Shown here in pieces: positions 33,792-45,648 of a stretch of DNA of 64,000 bases. The translations under genes were made by a program, and so were the position numbers. Every line of letters starts with the position of its first letter. Positions within the stretch are counted from its first letter, which is position 1. A model generated the notes under the pieces. That model saw only the letters and a list, made by a program, of their open reading frames with translations, was not told where the DNA came from and ran no database searches. The DNA lies in contig NW_026781969.1 in NCBI RefSeq assembly GCF_031769215.1, positions 248,001 through 312,000 on the forward strand. The letters are read 5' to 3'. The stretch comes from Ylistrum balloti (lineage: Eukaryota).

Positions 33792-36700
33792 GGGAGGGGG
33801 GGGGGTTGACAATTTATTATCTTTTATTATTTTGATAGCCTATATATATAGCATATAAAGATTTACTCGCCAATCATGACATAAAACCGTCATTGGGTCC
33901 CCTGTGTCTCAATGTTTGATTTATCTAGAGTAACGGGAAAGATAAAGGATCATACACTATTTTTAGTAAAGTACACATAAAAAATCTACAATCGGAGGAG
34001 ATACTTGGCTGCCTAACCTCTGTTTAGACTGTCAAATATATCCAATAGATCAATATATCTCTATCTCCCCGTCGGATAGAGAGTGGGAATCCTAATGCAA
34101 TGATTGTACAAGATAAGGAATCTCAATCCTCGACGTAATATTATTTTTTATTTCCAACTAAATACTCAGCAAAGACTCATGATTGTCATCGCATATCAAT
34201 AACTCCAATACGACCCAAAACTGCCTGTCGTCGAGATAGCGACAACACTACATAGGGAAGCCAGGTGGGAAATAGAAACCTAACCTTTGACAACTAAAGA
34301 ATCTTTCTCTGGGTGTGGAGTTCTATTACTTAATCATCTACCGCTACTAGTCAGTGATAAAGGACACCTTAAATAACACTATTAGTCAACGATCATCCAC
34401 CTACCACTTCCTACTTGTATCACAGTCCGTGATAAAAACACGGAATACAACATTTGTGATAAAACACTATAGCATTACTTGTCCAGGATACAGACACATT
34501 TCATGCTACTTTCAGTTCCCGATAAGACAAAACATTTACCACTGTTTGGCTCTAATTAGACGGTTACCCGAACACTGAAGCTACAGACCTTGAGTCACCT
34601 ATACGATCCAAGATAAGGGCACCATCACACGTGTCACATTCATGGAATGTCCATGAATGATGAAAACATTGACTAACATAAAAGTCAACTTGGTCGTTTT
34701 CATTGGTAAGCAACAATCGGGTTTGACATATTAGAAACATATATTTACATGACATCACTGTCTCAACTAATGAGAAGAAAGTGCATTTTAAGACATAATT
34801 GATAAAATTCAATGCATGACCATCATTAAATCACAGCGCTTGTTCCATTTGATCTATAACTCTGTCGATCGATAATGAATAATTTAATTTAGTTTTCAAG
34901 ACGTGCCGGATCCAGGATTTCTCTGAAAAGAAATTGGGATGATTTGGCAAATAATTTTATTATGAAAATGATATTCATGCAGCAACGTATATGCGTCAAG
35001 GCAGCTACGCACCTTAAGGCTCATCGTCCACCAATAATAAAAATTTTAAAAAACCTGCTACATATGGATATGATACTTCTCTCTTCGGTTCCATCCTCGA
35101 AAACTGGAATCAAGACGTGTAATTCTTTAGGTAATAACATAAAGATCTTTGCTAAATCCCCAGTTTGTTCTTTGTTTTTCCCTCATGTGTCTGTCATTTA
35201 TAAAATCATGACAAAAAAAAAGTCAAAAGATTTAAGCATATTTTGAACTGAAACCAGAATAATCATGACAAGACACTTCATTCTTTAAGTACGGAACGTG
35301 GGGTTGGTGCAACCAAAGAACCGAAAACCTTTCTTAACAGCTTCTATCGGGCAACACTTCTATTCGAACTAAATGATCTCTATTGCATTCTAACAGGATT
35401 GCTGATATTCAAAGGATATGATTAATTAATAACGAATGTGAACATCACCTGTGGATTTATATTTCGCAGTTTTTATTAAAATACATTTAATCTCATCAGT
35501 AAAAAAAATTAGTTACTGATCAAGTGTTTTCATGCTAATGGTTTCCTTTGGCAATGTTACATTCTACCATTGCAGATCAAGACACCAAACATGTGTATGC
35601 ATGTTACGCCAAGACGTTTTTCCCGAAGTGTACTGATGACAGAAAGATGGCTATCCTCGGATTGGAATACGGCGTGAAAACTCCATCAGTGGTTTGTCCT
35701 CTCGAGACAGCCACAGCAGGGGCGGATCAAAATGGTTCGTGCTGTTCCTACCAATCGGGTGACTGTTTGGTTCCGATCACAAAATACACGGAAATACTTC
35801 AATATTACGCTGCTTTCTCCGGCTTAACACAACCACTTACCCAACCCCAAGCAGTGTGGCGGCGGATCGTAAACGGTGATAACTGCACCGTCGGTAGAAC
35901 GTTCTCAAATTATCTTTCTATGGAATACCAGTGTATTGCAGGTAGGCGAACAATTTAACCATGATATATGAATATTTTAATTTCGATGTATGATACGAAA
36001 ATGCACCAAGACTTAAAATAAACAATTGTGTTTGTGGAAGATTGTTGCCCACGAACAAATGTCCGTTATACATTTAATTATCTTGCATCTTTTTGTCATG
36101 CATGTTATTATTATTCCCGATTTCACGAACCCGTATTTGCATCAAAGTATCATACCATTAAGTTTTATAATTCATTCGATTTTTGTGATCATCAGTCAGT
36201 TATATAGGGTCAAAGGTAACACATACAAGACATCTTGCATGAATAAACCAACAAATTTAATTTATTTTCAACTCATTCGGTAGGCCACACGTGACAAATT
36301 TTTATAGTGAAAAACTCGCATTGTTTTTACTCAAAGTTGATATCTCGTTAATCACAGACTCTTCCATAATAAACATGGCGACTGCTGCTTCGCTTTCGGG
36401 CCACTTTGTCTCTGCAATGTACCCAGTCATAGAAGGGGAGGATGCACGCGAGCTCTGTGAATGTACAGTCACGAGCAATCAGCCAAAACTGGACATCATT
36501 GCGCTGGACATGCGTCTTGAATGTTATGCTGCATATGAAAACATCACATGTAGCGCCAACCATTCGTTAACATTCACGGATAGGGAACAAAAGAAAACGT
36601 TGGTCAGTGAAACTGACAAAGTTCTTGGTCAAAACAACGTGGTCTTTAGCACACAGGGTTCCAGTTTGACGATCACTTTTCGGCGTGATAATGGGACTCG

Positions 36701-39198
36701 TCCACAAATGGTTTGGTTCAGTGTTCAAGGTAAGTCTACCCTAGGTATTCTTAGTTTGTAGGTGGCTTCTTTACAGACGTAACTGTTTGTAAGAGAACAA
36801 CTAAGATTATGTTCCTATTAAGTTTCGCCCTATGACTACAGAAACATGGTTCCAGGAAAATATTGGGCCATGATAGTGCGATATTTTATTTTACTTAACA
36901 GATGTATATGAACGGGACTTTGGAATGATTTCTTTGAACAGTTTGTGTTTATATTGTACCTCCTGTCAAGGCTATATAAAGGTACTGTTGATCCGTAAAT
37001 GTCTTGGTCAACAAAATATTTATCCAATAATAATGCATTTAAGATGATGGGTTACTTACGTATATATATAACACGAAACAAAACAAACTTTATAGAACGT
37101 TTGAAGAGTCTGCAATACTTATTTGTTTTAATGTTCCGCTCCTTGCTCATATGACATTGATGATTTATTGAACTAATTTCACAGGCAGAGAACCTACTGC
37201 CATGATAACCGTCCGCTGTAACAAACCGGAAATTTCGACAAGATCCACAGTGAACACCACAACATCGGATGAGGAAGGTAACGTGTCACTCAATTGTATA
37301 TTCAGTCCAACAGCGAAAATAATTACAATGTAAAACATAGTTTTATACTTTTTAAAAGTTTGGAGACAAAATACATCGCCGAAACGAATGTATTGTTTAG
37401 AGCAAAATGAATTTGCTTCGGGAAAGACCCTCATATAACAATCGTTTTTGTCAGTTTGCATTGACGTTTGGCACTTGCAATCTAAGTATGACAGCCCGAT
37501 TTTGGACCCAAAGAGTGAGTTTATTTGTTGCTAAAAAGATATATATAATTCTAACCAAGTGGTCATATGGCTTGTTGCAAACTAAACAAAGCAAAGTCGT
37601 GTACATGGTAGAGAAGGGCCATTTCAAGACAGCGATGAAGCATACTGTACTTGGTATCGGCAGTCATGGTCTCAAGCCTCGACTTGTGCTATTTTCTGTA
37701 GTTAGTTGCAGACTAACAATATTTAAGATTTGAGAGCATCTTATATTCATTGTTAATATAGCAAGATTAAAAACTGAAAGCGTGTTTCTAAACGGAGGAG
37801 CCTTTTCAACGGAAATTCAAACTATCAACGATGTATGTCCCTTCAGTTAACATGTGACTTTATCTTAGCACAAATAATCACATAAAATATAGACATTAAA
37901 TAGTTAAAATTAACACTACACCCATTAACTTACTCTAGTATGCAACCTCAAGTTTCATTAAATATCTCCCCTACATTGCACACATTTAAACTTTCGGCAA
38001 TGTCACTATTCCGTTTTGGACGAAACCCAGTTTCGAGTAAATATGAAGATAATCGTAAGTTTGAGTATAAGATCTGTACTTGTGTGTTGATGTCGATCAA
38101 ATAGTTTTAGTATGTGTAACGATTCAGGACCCGGCTCGTTTATCCGCACCACCTACAAGACAATATTCCATACAGAAAGGATTTCAGCAACACGCAAGAG
38201 CCAAGCATTGGCCGTTGCACATAGTAGAGTGTGATATGCACGTTATTTTGCAACTGTTCAGTTAAGAACACCCATGTAAAAATAGGTGGACGCACAAATT
38301 AATGATAAATAGCGCCAAGGATTTACTAAACCACGTACTCAAGTAGGCAAACAATTTCTCTTCCATATCTTTAAAAAGATTGCTATTTTTCAGATGCCAG
38401 CCTCACCGCTATTATAGCAGGAACTGTTAGCGGGGCCGTCCTTATTCTTCTAGTCATTGTCATTATGGTGTGCAAAAACAGGTATCTACTAATATTGCAC
38501 AGTGTAAAGCTGTAATCACCTCATAAGGCTTAAGGCTGCATTTAAACACATCGACAAATAAGGCTATAATCAATACACATGTTCACGGAAATTTTACGTA
38601 CAGATCATTAAAGGATAGTAGAGAACTATAATACAATAACAGAGTAACAGAAAATGTCAAATCTGCTAAATTGTGAATACTTTCTACAGAGGAAACAAGC
38701 ACCGACTTGGGAATACAAAATTGAACAAGGGGAGATAAGCCAGATGATGGCAACTGTATGTGTTTAATTTCTTGGAAGCGTTGTGGATAGGTAACTTACT
38801 AGTAATGGTAGTTTTTAACTAATGTTAACTTAATGAAACAGTGTAAAAGGTGTTACGCTGTGCATTACATAGTGATATTATGAGTGCACATTGTAAATAA
38901 CATTTCACAAACAAAATTTTCTGATCTCTTCAGGTCTGATCTGGCAAAGGCAGAGAATTTTGCAAACAGAGGGAAAATAAAGCAGGTACCATCCAGTGAC
39001 CATCCAAAACCTAAACAGCCGCAACAGAAAACAAATCACCAACAGAGAGGAGGCCATGAGGAAAAGACTAATCAGCAAAAGAGAAGACAGATGAAAATCA
39101 ATTCTCCAAAGGGTTTGGAAATGAGCATGAATGACCCTGTCTACCATGATGTCACGATCCCGAGTCAAGGGCAACGACAAAAAAAGGTCACAAGATAA
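31635..39198 (+). CDS. Uncharacterised type I membrane protein: signal peptide, Cys-rich SUEL/Gal-lectin-like domain, CUB-like domain, S/T stalk, TM, cytoplasmic tail
   Basis: Exons 31635-31707 (MVDCGNIFRVLLFLWCFAVRAVYA), 35576-35941, 36337-36729, 37185-37277, 38394-38481 (TM AIIAGTVSGAVLILLVIVIMVC), 38934-39198 (tail with NDPVYHDV) join in frame, about 425 aa. An extra symmetric exon at 38128-38223 is possible. Domain names are from pattern recognition only. Confidence 0.75.
32091..32286. repeat. 32-bp minisatellite, 6 identical copies
   Basis: Unit ATGAATTTTTAGCCAGGACGTATCTGGTTTGG; period measured 32091 to 32123. Confidence 0.97.
33110..33632 (+). mobile_element. HINE/pearl(CvA)-like non-autonomous element
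   Basis: Three diverged 130-150-bp core repeats starting ACAAAGGACAA, then a (GGAC/GACA)n microsatellite (about 33560-33600), then a terminal hairpin TATGC...GCATA and an A-run. This is the modular layout of bivalve pearl/HINE elements. Confidence 0.7.
33738..33805. repeat. (GA)n microsatellite followed by a poly-G run
   Basis: Read directly from the sequence. Confidence 0.97.
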
Positions 39199-40394
39199 AC
39201 ATTTTCATCATCAAATGATGTCTTTAGGATGTCATATAGTAACCTCCTTACTGAGAAGACTGACACCATCTCTAGGATTGTGTGGTGATATTATTTTCAA
39301 CATTGTACCAATCTATTGTTTTGTTTACATTATCAGGATCATCAGTGACATTGTTTCTAGGTCAATAAGGCAACATCTGAGATGGCACAGTGTATAATTC
39401 TATGACATGTTACTAGGTTGTCATGGGGACCTTTGGATTTGGTACATGTACATAATTTCTAGAATTTCCTGATCAAATAATCATGATGACTACAGTACAC
39501 ATTGTCTGTAGGCTAAGACTTTAAAGTCTGAAAGTCAGTAACATCCTTTTAGGTTCCTATTTATCAACAGTGACAGGAACTTTAAATACACATATACACT
39601 GGTAGCCAACACTATTCTAATCAAATTGTGAAATACAAAAAACAAGAAAATATTATACTCTCTCTTCATTTACTTACTTCACATGACAACAGAAAATAAT
39701 CACATCATTCCCTCATATCCTCAAAACACTGTTTACATTAAAAACCACAAAAAATATAAAAAACAATAATTCTGTTTCTACCAGTAATCATAATGTACAA
39801 TCTGAAATGGCAGTTAGTCAGCTTTACAGTTTCAATATTTCCTAACTTACTAGTTAAACATAGTTCAATGTTTTTTTAATAACAGTGAAATCAAGCACTG
39901 GAAATAATGTAAACCAAGAATTATTTAGTCGTATCATTTTTGTGGATACATTCTGTATATGAGATGCACCTTCTCGACATTCTGGTATATACATTAAAGT
40001 GAAAACTGACCAAGGAAAAGCTTGGTTGTTGTTGAATACAGTATATCAATAAAGTCTGGTAAGTTTGATAATAACACTGTATCCATGACAATGTCACAGG
40101 AATAATGGTCATTCCTATGATTTCTGAGAAATATGAAATATGATAATGTAATATTAAGATGATGATTTGCTGCTTTGTGATGATGATGTTGATGATGCAA
40201 GTCCTGATAGTTTTTCTGGACGAAACTTCCTCCAGTCACCAGGTACAGAATGTGGACACATTTTCAGGAAATGTCTACAAATGTAATGTAAACGTTCATA
40301 TCCCTCTCATCACTTCCATTCTCAGATTCATCTTCCAGACTTCCAGGTGTTGTGTTCTTAATAAATGTTTGTACAAGTCTTCATGATGGTTGTT

Positions 40395-43300
40395 TCACTG
40401 TACTTGTTGTATCAATGTGATGTTGTCTCCCTTCAGAAGAATTCGCCCTGAAAGTATATATTTTTGACATTTGACAACAGTTGTGTACTTATATGTTACA
40501 GCATGGTCACAATACAGATCAAAACATGGTGTTAAAACAATTCATATCTAAATGTAAGGGGTAAATGACTCTAGTTGTGATATTTATAACTGAAATTTGT
40601 ATCAACATCTGCTAACATTATCACCCAATCTGTACCAACATTATCACCCAATCTGTACCAACATCTACCAATCAATCAGTATCAATCAATCAGTATCAAC
40701 ATTATCAACCAATCTGTACCAACATCTACCAATCTGTATCAACATCTACCAACATTATCAATCAATCTGTGCAATTATATAAATAAAATCAACAGATACA
40801 TGTATTGTCTTCTGACCAGAATTTGAGAAGTGTTTGTTACTTCACTATGTATGAACCAGTTTCACATGCAAGTCTTGAAAAATGTCTAGGAAACTAATGC
40901 CACCTGAACACCACAATGCATTAAATGACATCAATCTTGCCAATTTCTGTTGAAATAAGATAATGTAATTTGTTTAAAAAAAAAGTCATGGAACCGACCA
41001 CATAAAGACTTGACCCTTAATGTTTGCCATATTTGTTCAATAAAACCATTGCTGAGTTATCAAATTAAATTGCTGCTTCACAGTTCTGCTAACAGCTAAG
41101 GTCATTTAAAGATTTGGGTGGTAGAAGAAAGCTGTAGTTCCCGCAGAAAAACTACCAACTTGTAGTCGGTATCTGACAAGGCCCCAGGTAGGCCTTGAGC
41201 CGATGGCCCAGAGGATGGGGCTATAGTGATTAAGCTGGACAGATGCCTGAACCATTCGGCCACTTGATCAGAATAGAGGAAATGGCCATATTCATATCAT
41301 AATCAATATTTTGATAATTTGGGTATGGTAAATAAAGGTATGATTTTTATAATGTCTTAATAGTGAACTAGTCTGGTTGATAACAAAACTAATATGGCTA
41401 CAACTGTAAGCCAATTTCCTTTCATCTTTTATCTTCAAACTTTAACATGAATTTTATCACTTCGGATGGTAACAATTAACTTGGCTTTACAATTTAACAC
41501 AAGAAAAAAATAAAATAAAAAAATCACTCAGGATTAAAATTTGTTGGCTTCTATTATAGTAATTCTTCTGAAATTTTTAAATCCAAGATTTTCAGATACC
41601 TATCAACAATGACAATCAAAATTCTTACCTAATGTTTTTCTTGTCTTTGTTTTCATGTGAACTTCTTCAGCTTCATCCAACACTAAATTCATGTATTCAT
41701 CAAACCCCTGTTTTATAATACAGAATTCCAATTTACTTGCATTGTATGTACTTTTTCAGTTTTTCAAGCATTTGATAAACAGTGTAAGTGGAACACAGGC
41801 TACTTACATGGAATAAGGAGAAACATATTATTGCTGAAATAGGTTAATTCAGTATCTTGATGAAGAACATGTTACTCCATTGAAAAAGTAACCAATTATA
41901 ATGTCAGCATACTGGAGAAATGAATTATATGTATAATACATTTATGAAGTTTCCATGCACAGTTTTTGAGATTTGTTTGAAAACAATCATTACTTTAGCA
42001 ATTTGTTTCCATGACCAGCAACAGAAAATTATGTCAATGGAAAATGAAGATTCTTCATAAAAGACATTAGCAATATTGCATCAACTGGACAAATAGGTTG
42101 CAATCAATAAGTTTTCAATTATTTATTAACTTGTCAATTAAATCAAATACTTACAACAATGCATCCCTCTATTCTAAGATTTGTCTGTTCATAAAGCCAA
42201 ACTTGAATCCGTGACCTCTGTAATTTTATATATAAAAAAAAAGTGAATGACATACACCTGCATACACTGTATTGGAATATTTCATGTAAAAAAAATCACA
42301 AACCCAAAATCTACCGGAAAGAAAAACCTGGTCGACTTGAGTCAGGCCAACAGTCATTTATAATATCTTAGGTAGGGAATCCTACCACATTTTGTTTAGC
42401 ATGTTTTTAACATTTGAAAGTATTTTCTTTTAAATTATAACACACTCTCCTTCAAAAAATGGATATCAAAAATCTCTGAAGTTGTATTGCATTTTTATCA
42501 TGATTGTGATAGTTACTTTTTATGAACAGAATAATCCAAATGCATGACAAATTTTTGTAATGTAATAACTACTGGTACATCAAACTGTACCTTCTTGATG
42601 GCAGAGAGAAGCTGTAAATTTCTAATCTGATTTACATTATACATATACCATCGGCATGACACTACATAATATTATGCATATAATTGTATCAATGACATTC
42701 ATACTTACATTTTGCAAATATCTGAAAATCAAGTTCTGTTCTGAATCAAGGAAAAATAACACAATACAAACTTCCATTATAAAATTAATTAGCTTCATTC
42801 TTAAGAACTTCATTTAACTACCGTACCATAAAAGCGAAATATAAAAACAAATCAAACCATTGTTCAGGAAAACAACTTTCACTGAAAAACAGAGTAGTGT
42901 AAAATATTTGGGGTGCCAAGCTGTCTGACCACTTGATATGTCTGGCAAAAAATTGTTCAATCTGCTATTTTGGTAAAGCAAAAATGGAAAAATATGAACA
43001 TTTCTCTTTCTTTGGTCCGGTGAGTCTTTAAAAAGGTTTGTGCACACTGTCGGTGTCACTTGTACGCAAGCTAAACACTCTCTGTTACTCAGCCAGCTGA
43101 GCATGTTCCTTTGGCTCAGTTGGTAAAGCAGATAATCAATCCAAAGGCCTGGGTTCAACTCCAGAAGGAGAGCTCAACATGCATGCAGGAGTTTGCTTTC
43201 CCTTTTCTGCTACAAAACATATAAGCCTACCAATATTTTTAGTGATACTGCTAGGTTGAAAACTGGTAGATAGAACAATGAAAAGTTTACAATGAACAAA

Positions 43301-44016
43301 ATGCAGTCACACCATAATACTATCTACCTTTTCAAGCTTTATGTTGATACTTTTTGATTTTGTGTTATGCTCCGGACAAAATTATAAGAAAACAAATAGA
43401 CAAAGTTCCAATTCTATGCTCTTCCATCAGAAAACGTAACAAACACATCTTATCATACTAAAAAAGAAGGAACATTCTATTAATCAACCACAATAAAGAC
43501 AGGCCCTTAAAGCGATTGACCACACCTATTGGGTAATAGTCCTGCATTTGAAGGATAGTTAAGACACACAGTGCCCTTTTTGTTTTAAATGTGTAAGACA
43601 AGTTGATGCAATCTTATTTCAAATTATCCTAGCTACATTCGAGTAACTTATGGATTATCCATGGACTATCTCTTACATGCAGGACCAGTATGAGGGGTTT
43701 TGCCCAATCTGTTCCAAGGACTACTAGAGTACGTTATGCATTAAAGAAACAAAACCGAACACATTTCAGATGATATGGGTGAATCAGGAGTAGTTAGCGG
43801 TTTGGGTAGGCGTAAAGACTGGAAGAAGGCTAAAAGAGGGGAGAGGGGAGAGGGGGGGGGGGGGGGGGTTTGCATGTAGAACACGTGAGTAAAATTCAAG
43901 CAATGAAAATTCTACAATTTTGTCACAACTGCTGCATATTCATTATGAATCATTTGAAAGGATACAATGGGTTGCACCATCACTTTCTGTACTTTAGGTC
44001 CGCCTTTGTAAGCCAT
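40395..44016 (-). CDS. SNRPE: Small nuclear ribonucleoprotein E (SmE)
   Basis: Exons (minus) 43966-44016, 42709-42735, 42155-42217, 41629-41707, 40395-40447 = 273 nt, 90 aa: [90 protein letters not shown]. Confidence 0.98.
40598..40772. repeat. Degenerate short-period repeat (ATCAACATCTACCAATCTGT-like), SNRPE intron 4
   Basis: Repeated TGTATCAACATCTACC / TGTACCAACAT motifs. Confidence 0.8.
41087..41263 (-). mobile_element. tRNA-derived SINE (V/Meta/CORE-type central domain), degenerate
   Basis: Minus strand begins GTGGCCGAATGG (A box), then a degenerate B box GGCTCAAGGCC, then GGTAGTTTTTCTGCGGGAACTACAGCTTTCTTCTACCACC resembling the GGTTTTCTCCGGGTACTCCGGTTTCCTCC domain of metazoan SINEs. Confidence 0.65.
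42736..43965 (-). other. U12-type (minor spliceosome) GT-AG intron 1 of SNRPE
   Basis: 5' splice site GTATCCTTT (43957-43965 on minus). Branch site TTCCTTGAT about 10 nt upstream of the 3' AG, with no polypyrimidine tract. Confidence 0.93.
43108..43214 (+). mobile_element. tRNA-like Pol III relic (SINE head or tRNA-containing LTR fragment)
   Basis: A box TGGCTCAGTTGG (43112-43123) with D-stem GCT/AGC; B box GGTTCAACTCC (43152-43162) with T-stem CTGG/CCAG; anticodon arm degraded; ends TTTTCTGCTACA. Confidence 0.55.
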
Positions 44017-44019
44017 GAC

Positions 44020-44140
44020 TGGTAGTGTGTGCTTAACAATAAAACAATATACAAAACGTTATAGAAGCGAAGCCGGGAGAAATGGCGGAAGCTTTGTTGT
44101 TCTCGCGAGATGTGAATATAAGCAACGATCCGTTAGCAGG
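44020..44140. promoter_or_regulatory. SNRPE promoter region with TCTCGCGAGA palindrome and YY1-like motif
   Basis: Perfect TCTCGCGAGA at 44101-44110 and AAATGGCGG at 44080-44088, within 100 bp of the SNRPE ATG. Both are known housekeeping-promoter motifs. Confidence 0.65.
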
Positions 44141-44360
44141 TAACGAATTCCGGATTCTCAAGAATGTATGCTTCAGAATTTACAAGCTTATGAATAGTAT
44201 TTATCAAAAACATTTTTTTTTCTAGCCAATAGAAACACAATGGATCGGTTTTGGAATTTTGAACCAAGGGCTTCACGTCATGTGTCACATATTCCGGACT
44301 CGCAATAAAACGTATATATCTTGGAACACTGATGGACTAATAACCCGTTCAACAATATCG

Positions 44361-45028
44361 GGGACGTATACAACAGATTATACGTCCCTTACAATATAAA
44401 ATACTTTCAAAAACACCTAACGGTAATTATTTAATGAACACATACTAAGCCTACACTTTTACTGAAAGTAACGGACTTGTTTTCTGTGCCGGAAGGGTCG
44501 TAAACACGTGGACATAACGACAAAAGATAGCAAGAATATTCAAAATTGAACTTGAGGAAATATTCGTTCACGCAGAGGACCGTACATGTTTGGAACAGTC
44601 TTCCATTTCGTGTTGTAAATGCAACGACAGTTAAACAATTTCAATATAATCTAGATAAACATTGGAAAACCCAGTCACAGTAGTATTGTTTTAGAGAAAA
44701 CATTAAGTGGTGAACTTAATTTTAGTAAAAATTGTATCAGAGACGTATATAACACATGTTATATACGTCCCTGATTGTATAAAGAACTGACTATCAAAGA
44801 ATTGTTAATCCTGTAATACTTTCTGTACCTTGTTAATGTCAGAATAAATCTATGTATCGATGTATTTAGAGCTTACCCATTTAACAAACTTATGTCACTA
44901 GTGCCAGTCAAGGGACGTGCGTGCATCAATGGTGACAGCTAATGGATTTCTGTACATCACTTGTACCGGAATTTAGGTTTTACAGAGGCAGAGGCGTATA
45001 TGTAACACATGCGTTATATACGGCTCTG
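44361..45028. repeat. Three related GGACGTATA...TATACGTCC hairpins (probable non-autonomous DNA element remnants)
   Basis: 44361-44388 (10-bp perfect stem), 44742-44769 (12-bp perfect stem), 44989-45028 (imperfect). Confidence 0.7.
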
Positions 45029-45559
45029 ACAGAGGTAATTATTTAGTTCAATGCTTCAGCTAGCATTCGAACCCGTGACGAGCCTGATGTTCACCCAATA
45101 ATTCTGTTCGTAGGATCGATATATTGCAGCTAGTATTTACGAAGTTAGATAAAAAATACACAGACATTTTACTAGACACTGGAAATTCAGACTAAGAAAA
45201 GAGAGGGAATTGTTTTCGTGAGATAATGTCGATAATAAAATCCGAAGTGATAATTCTTAATGAATCACCAAGATTTTTTAAATTCTACTTTTCATTTGTA
45301 AGATTTTAAACAAAGGTACCCTTTTCAACGAGTTTTAGCGATGTATCTATTTCCGTCATTACCTTTATCGTTAGGTAGAGTATTTTATTTCCGCACAGTC
45401 TGCACAAATATCATGCATTGACTTAACTATTGTAGTGATTGTTTCAAATTATTTTGCAAAAAAAATATTTTCTCATTTTTAGTTTTGCAATTTTATGTTG
45501 TAATGTGTGTAGGTTATATATTCGTTATATTAAATTAACCGTGAGCCTGTTTTGCATAC

Positions 45560-45648
45560 CGTTGTTTACTTCCGGTAATGGACTGCGGAAAAAAGTTGAC
45601 AACGCCGACTGCTTGGAGATTTCATAGTTTCTCAACATAAAAGATTCG
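45560..45648 (+). promoter_or_regulatory. Probable CAPS2 TSS / non-coding first exon
   Basis: CpG-richer patch with TGTTTAC (FOX-like) overlapping ACTTCCGGT (ETS, 45568-45576); donor-like G|GTATGT at 45649. The next acceptor at 46477-46478 precedes an in-frame stop and then the ATG at 46534. Confidence 0.45.

Noticed and set aside
38482-38490. GTATCT donor as a second U12 intron
   Set aside because: It lacks the CCTT of the U12 consensus and no U12 branch site was seen.
43108-43168. Functional tRNA gene
   Set aside because: The acceptor stem is only 4 bp and the anticodon arm is collapsed.
43835-43868. G-rich run (also 33781-33805 and a C-run near 46110) as regulatory G-quadruplexes
   Set aside because: Simple homopolymer or microsatellite tracts, error-prone in assemblies, with no supporting context.
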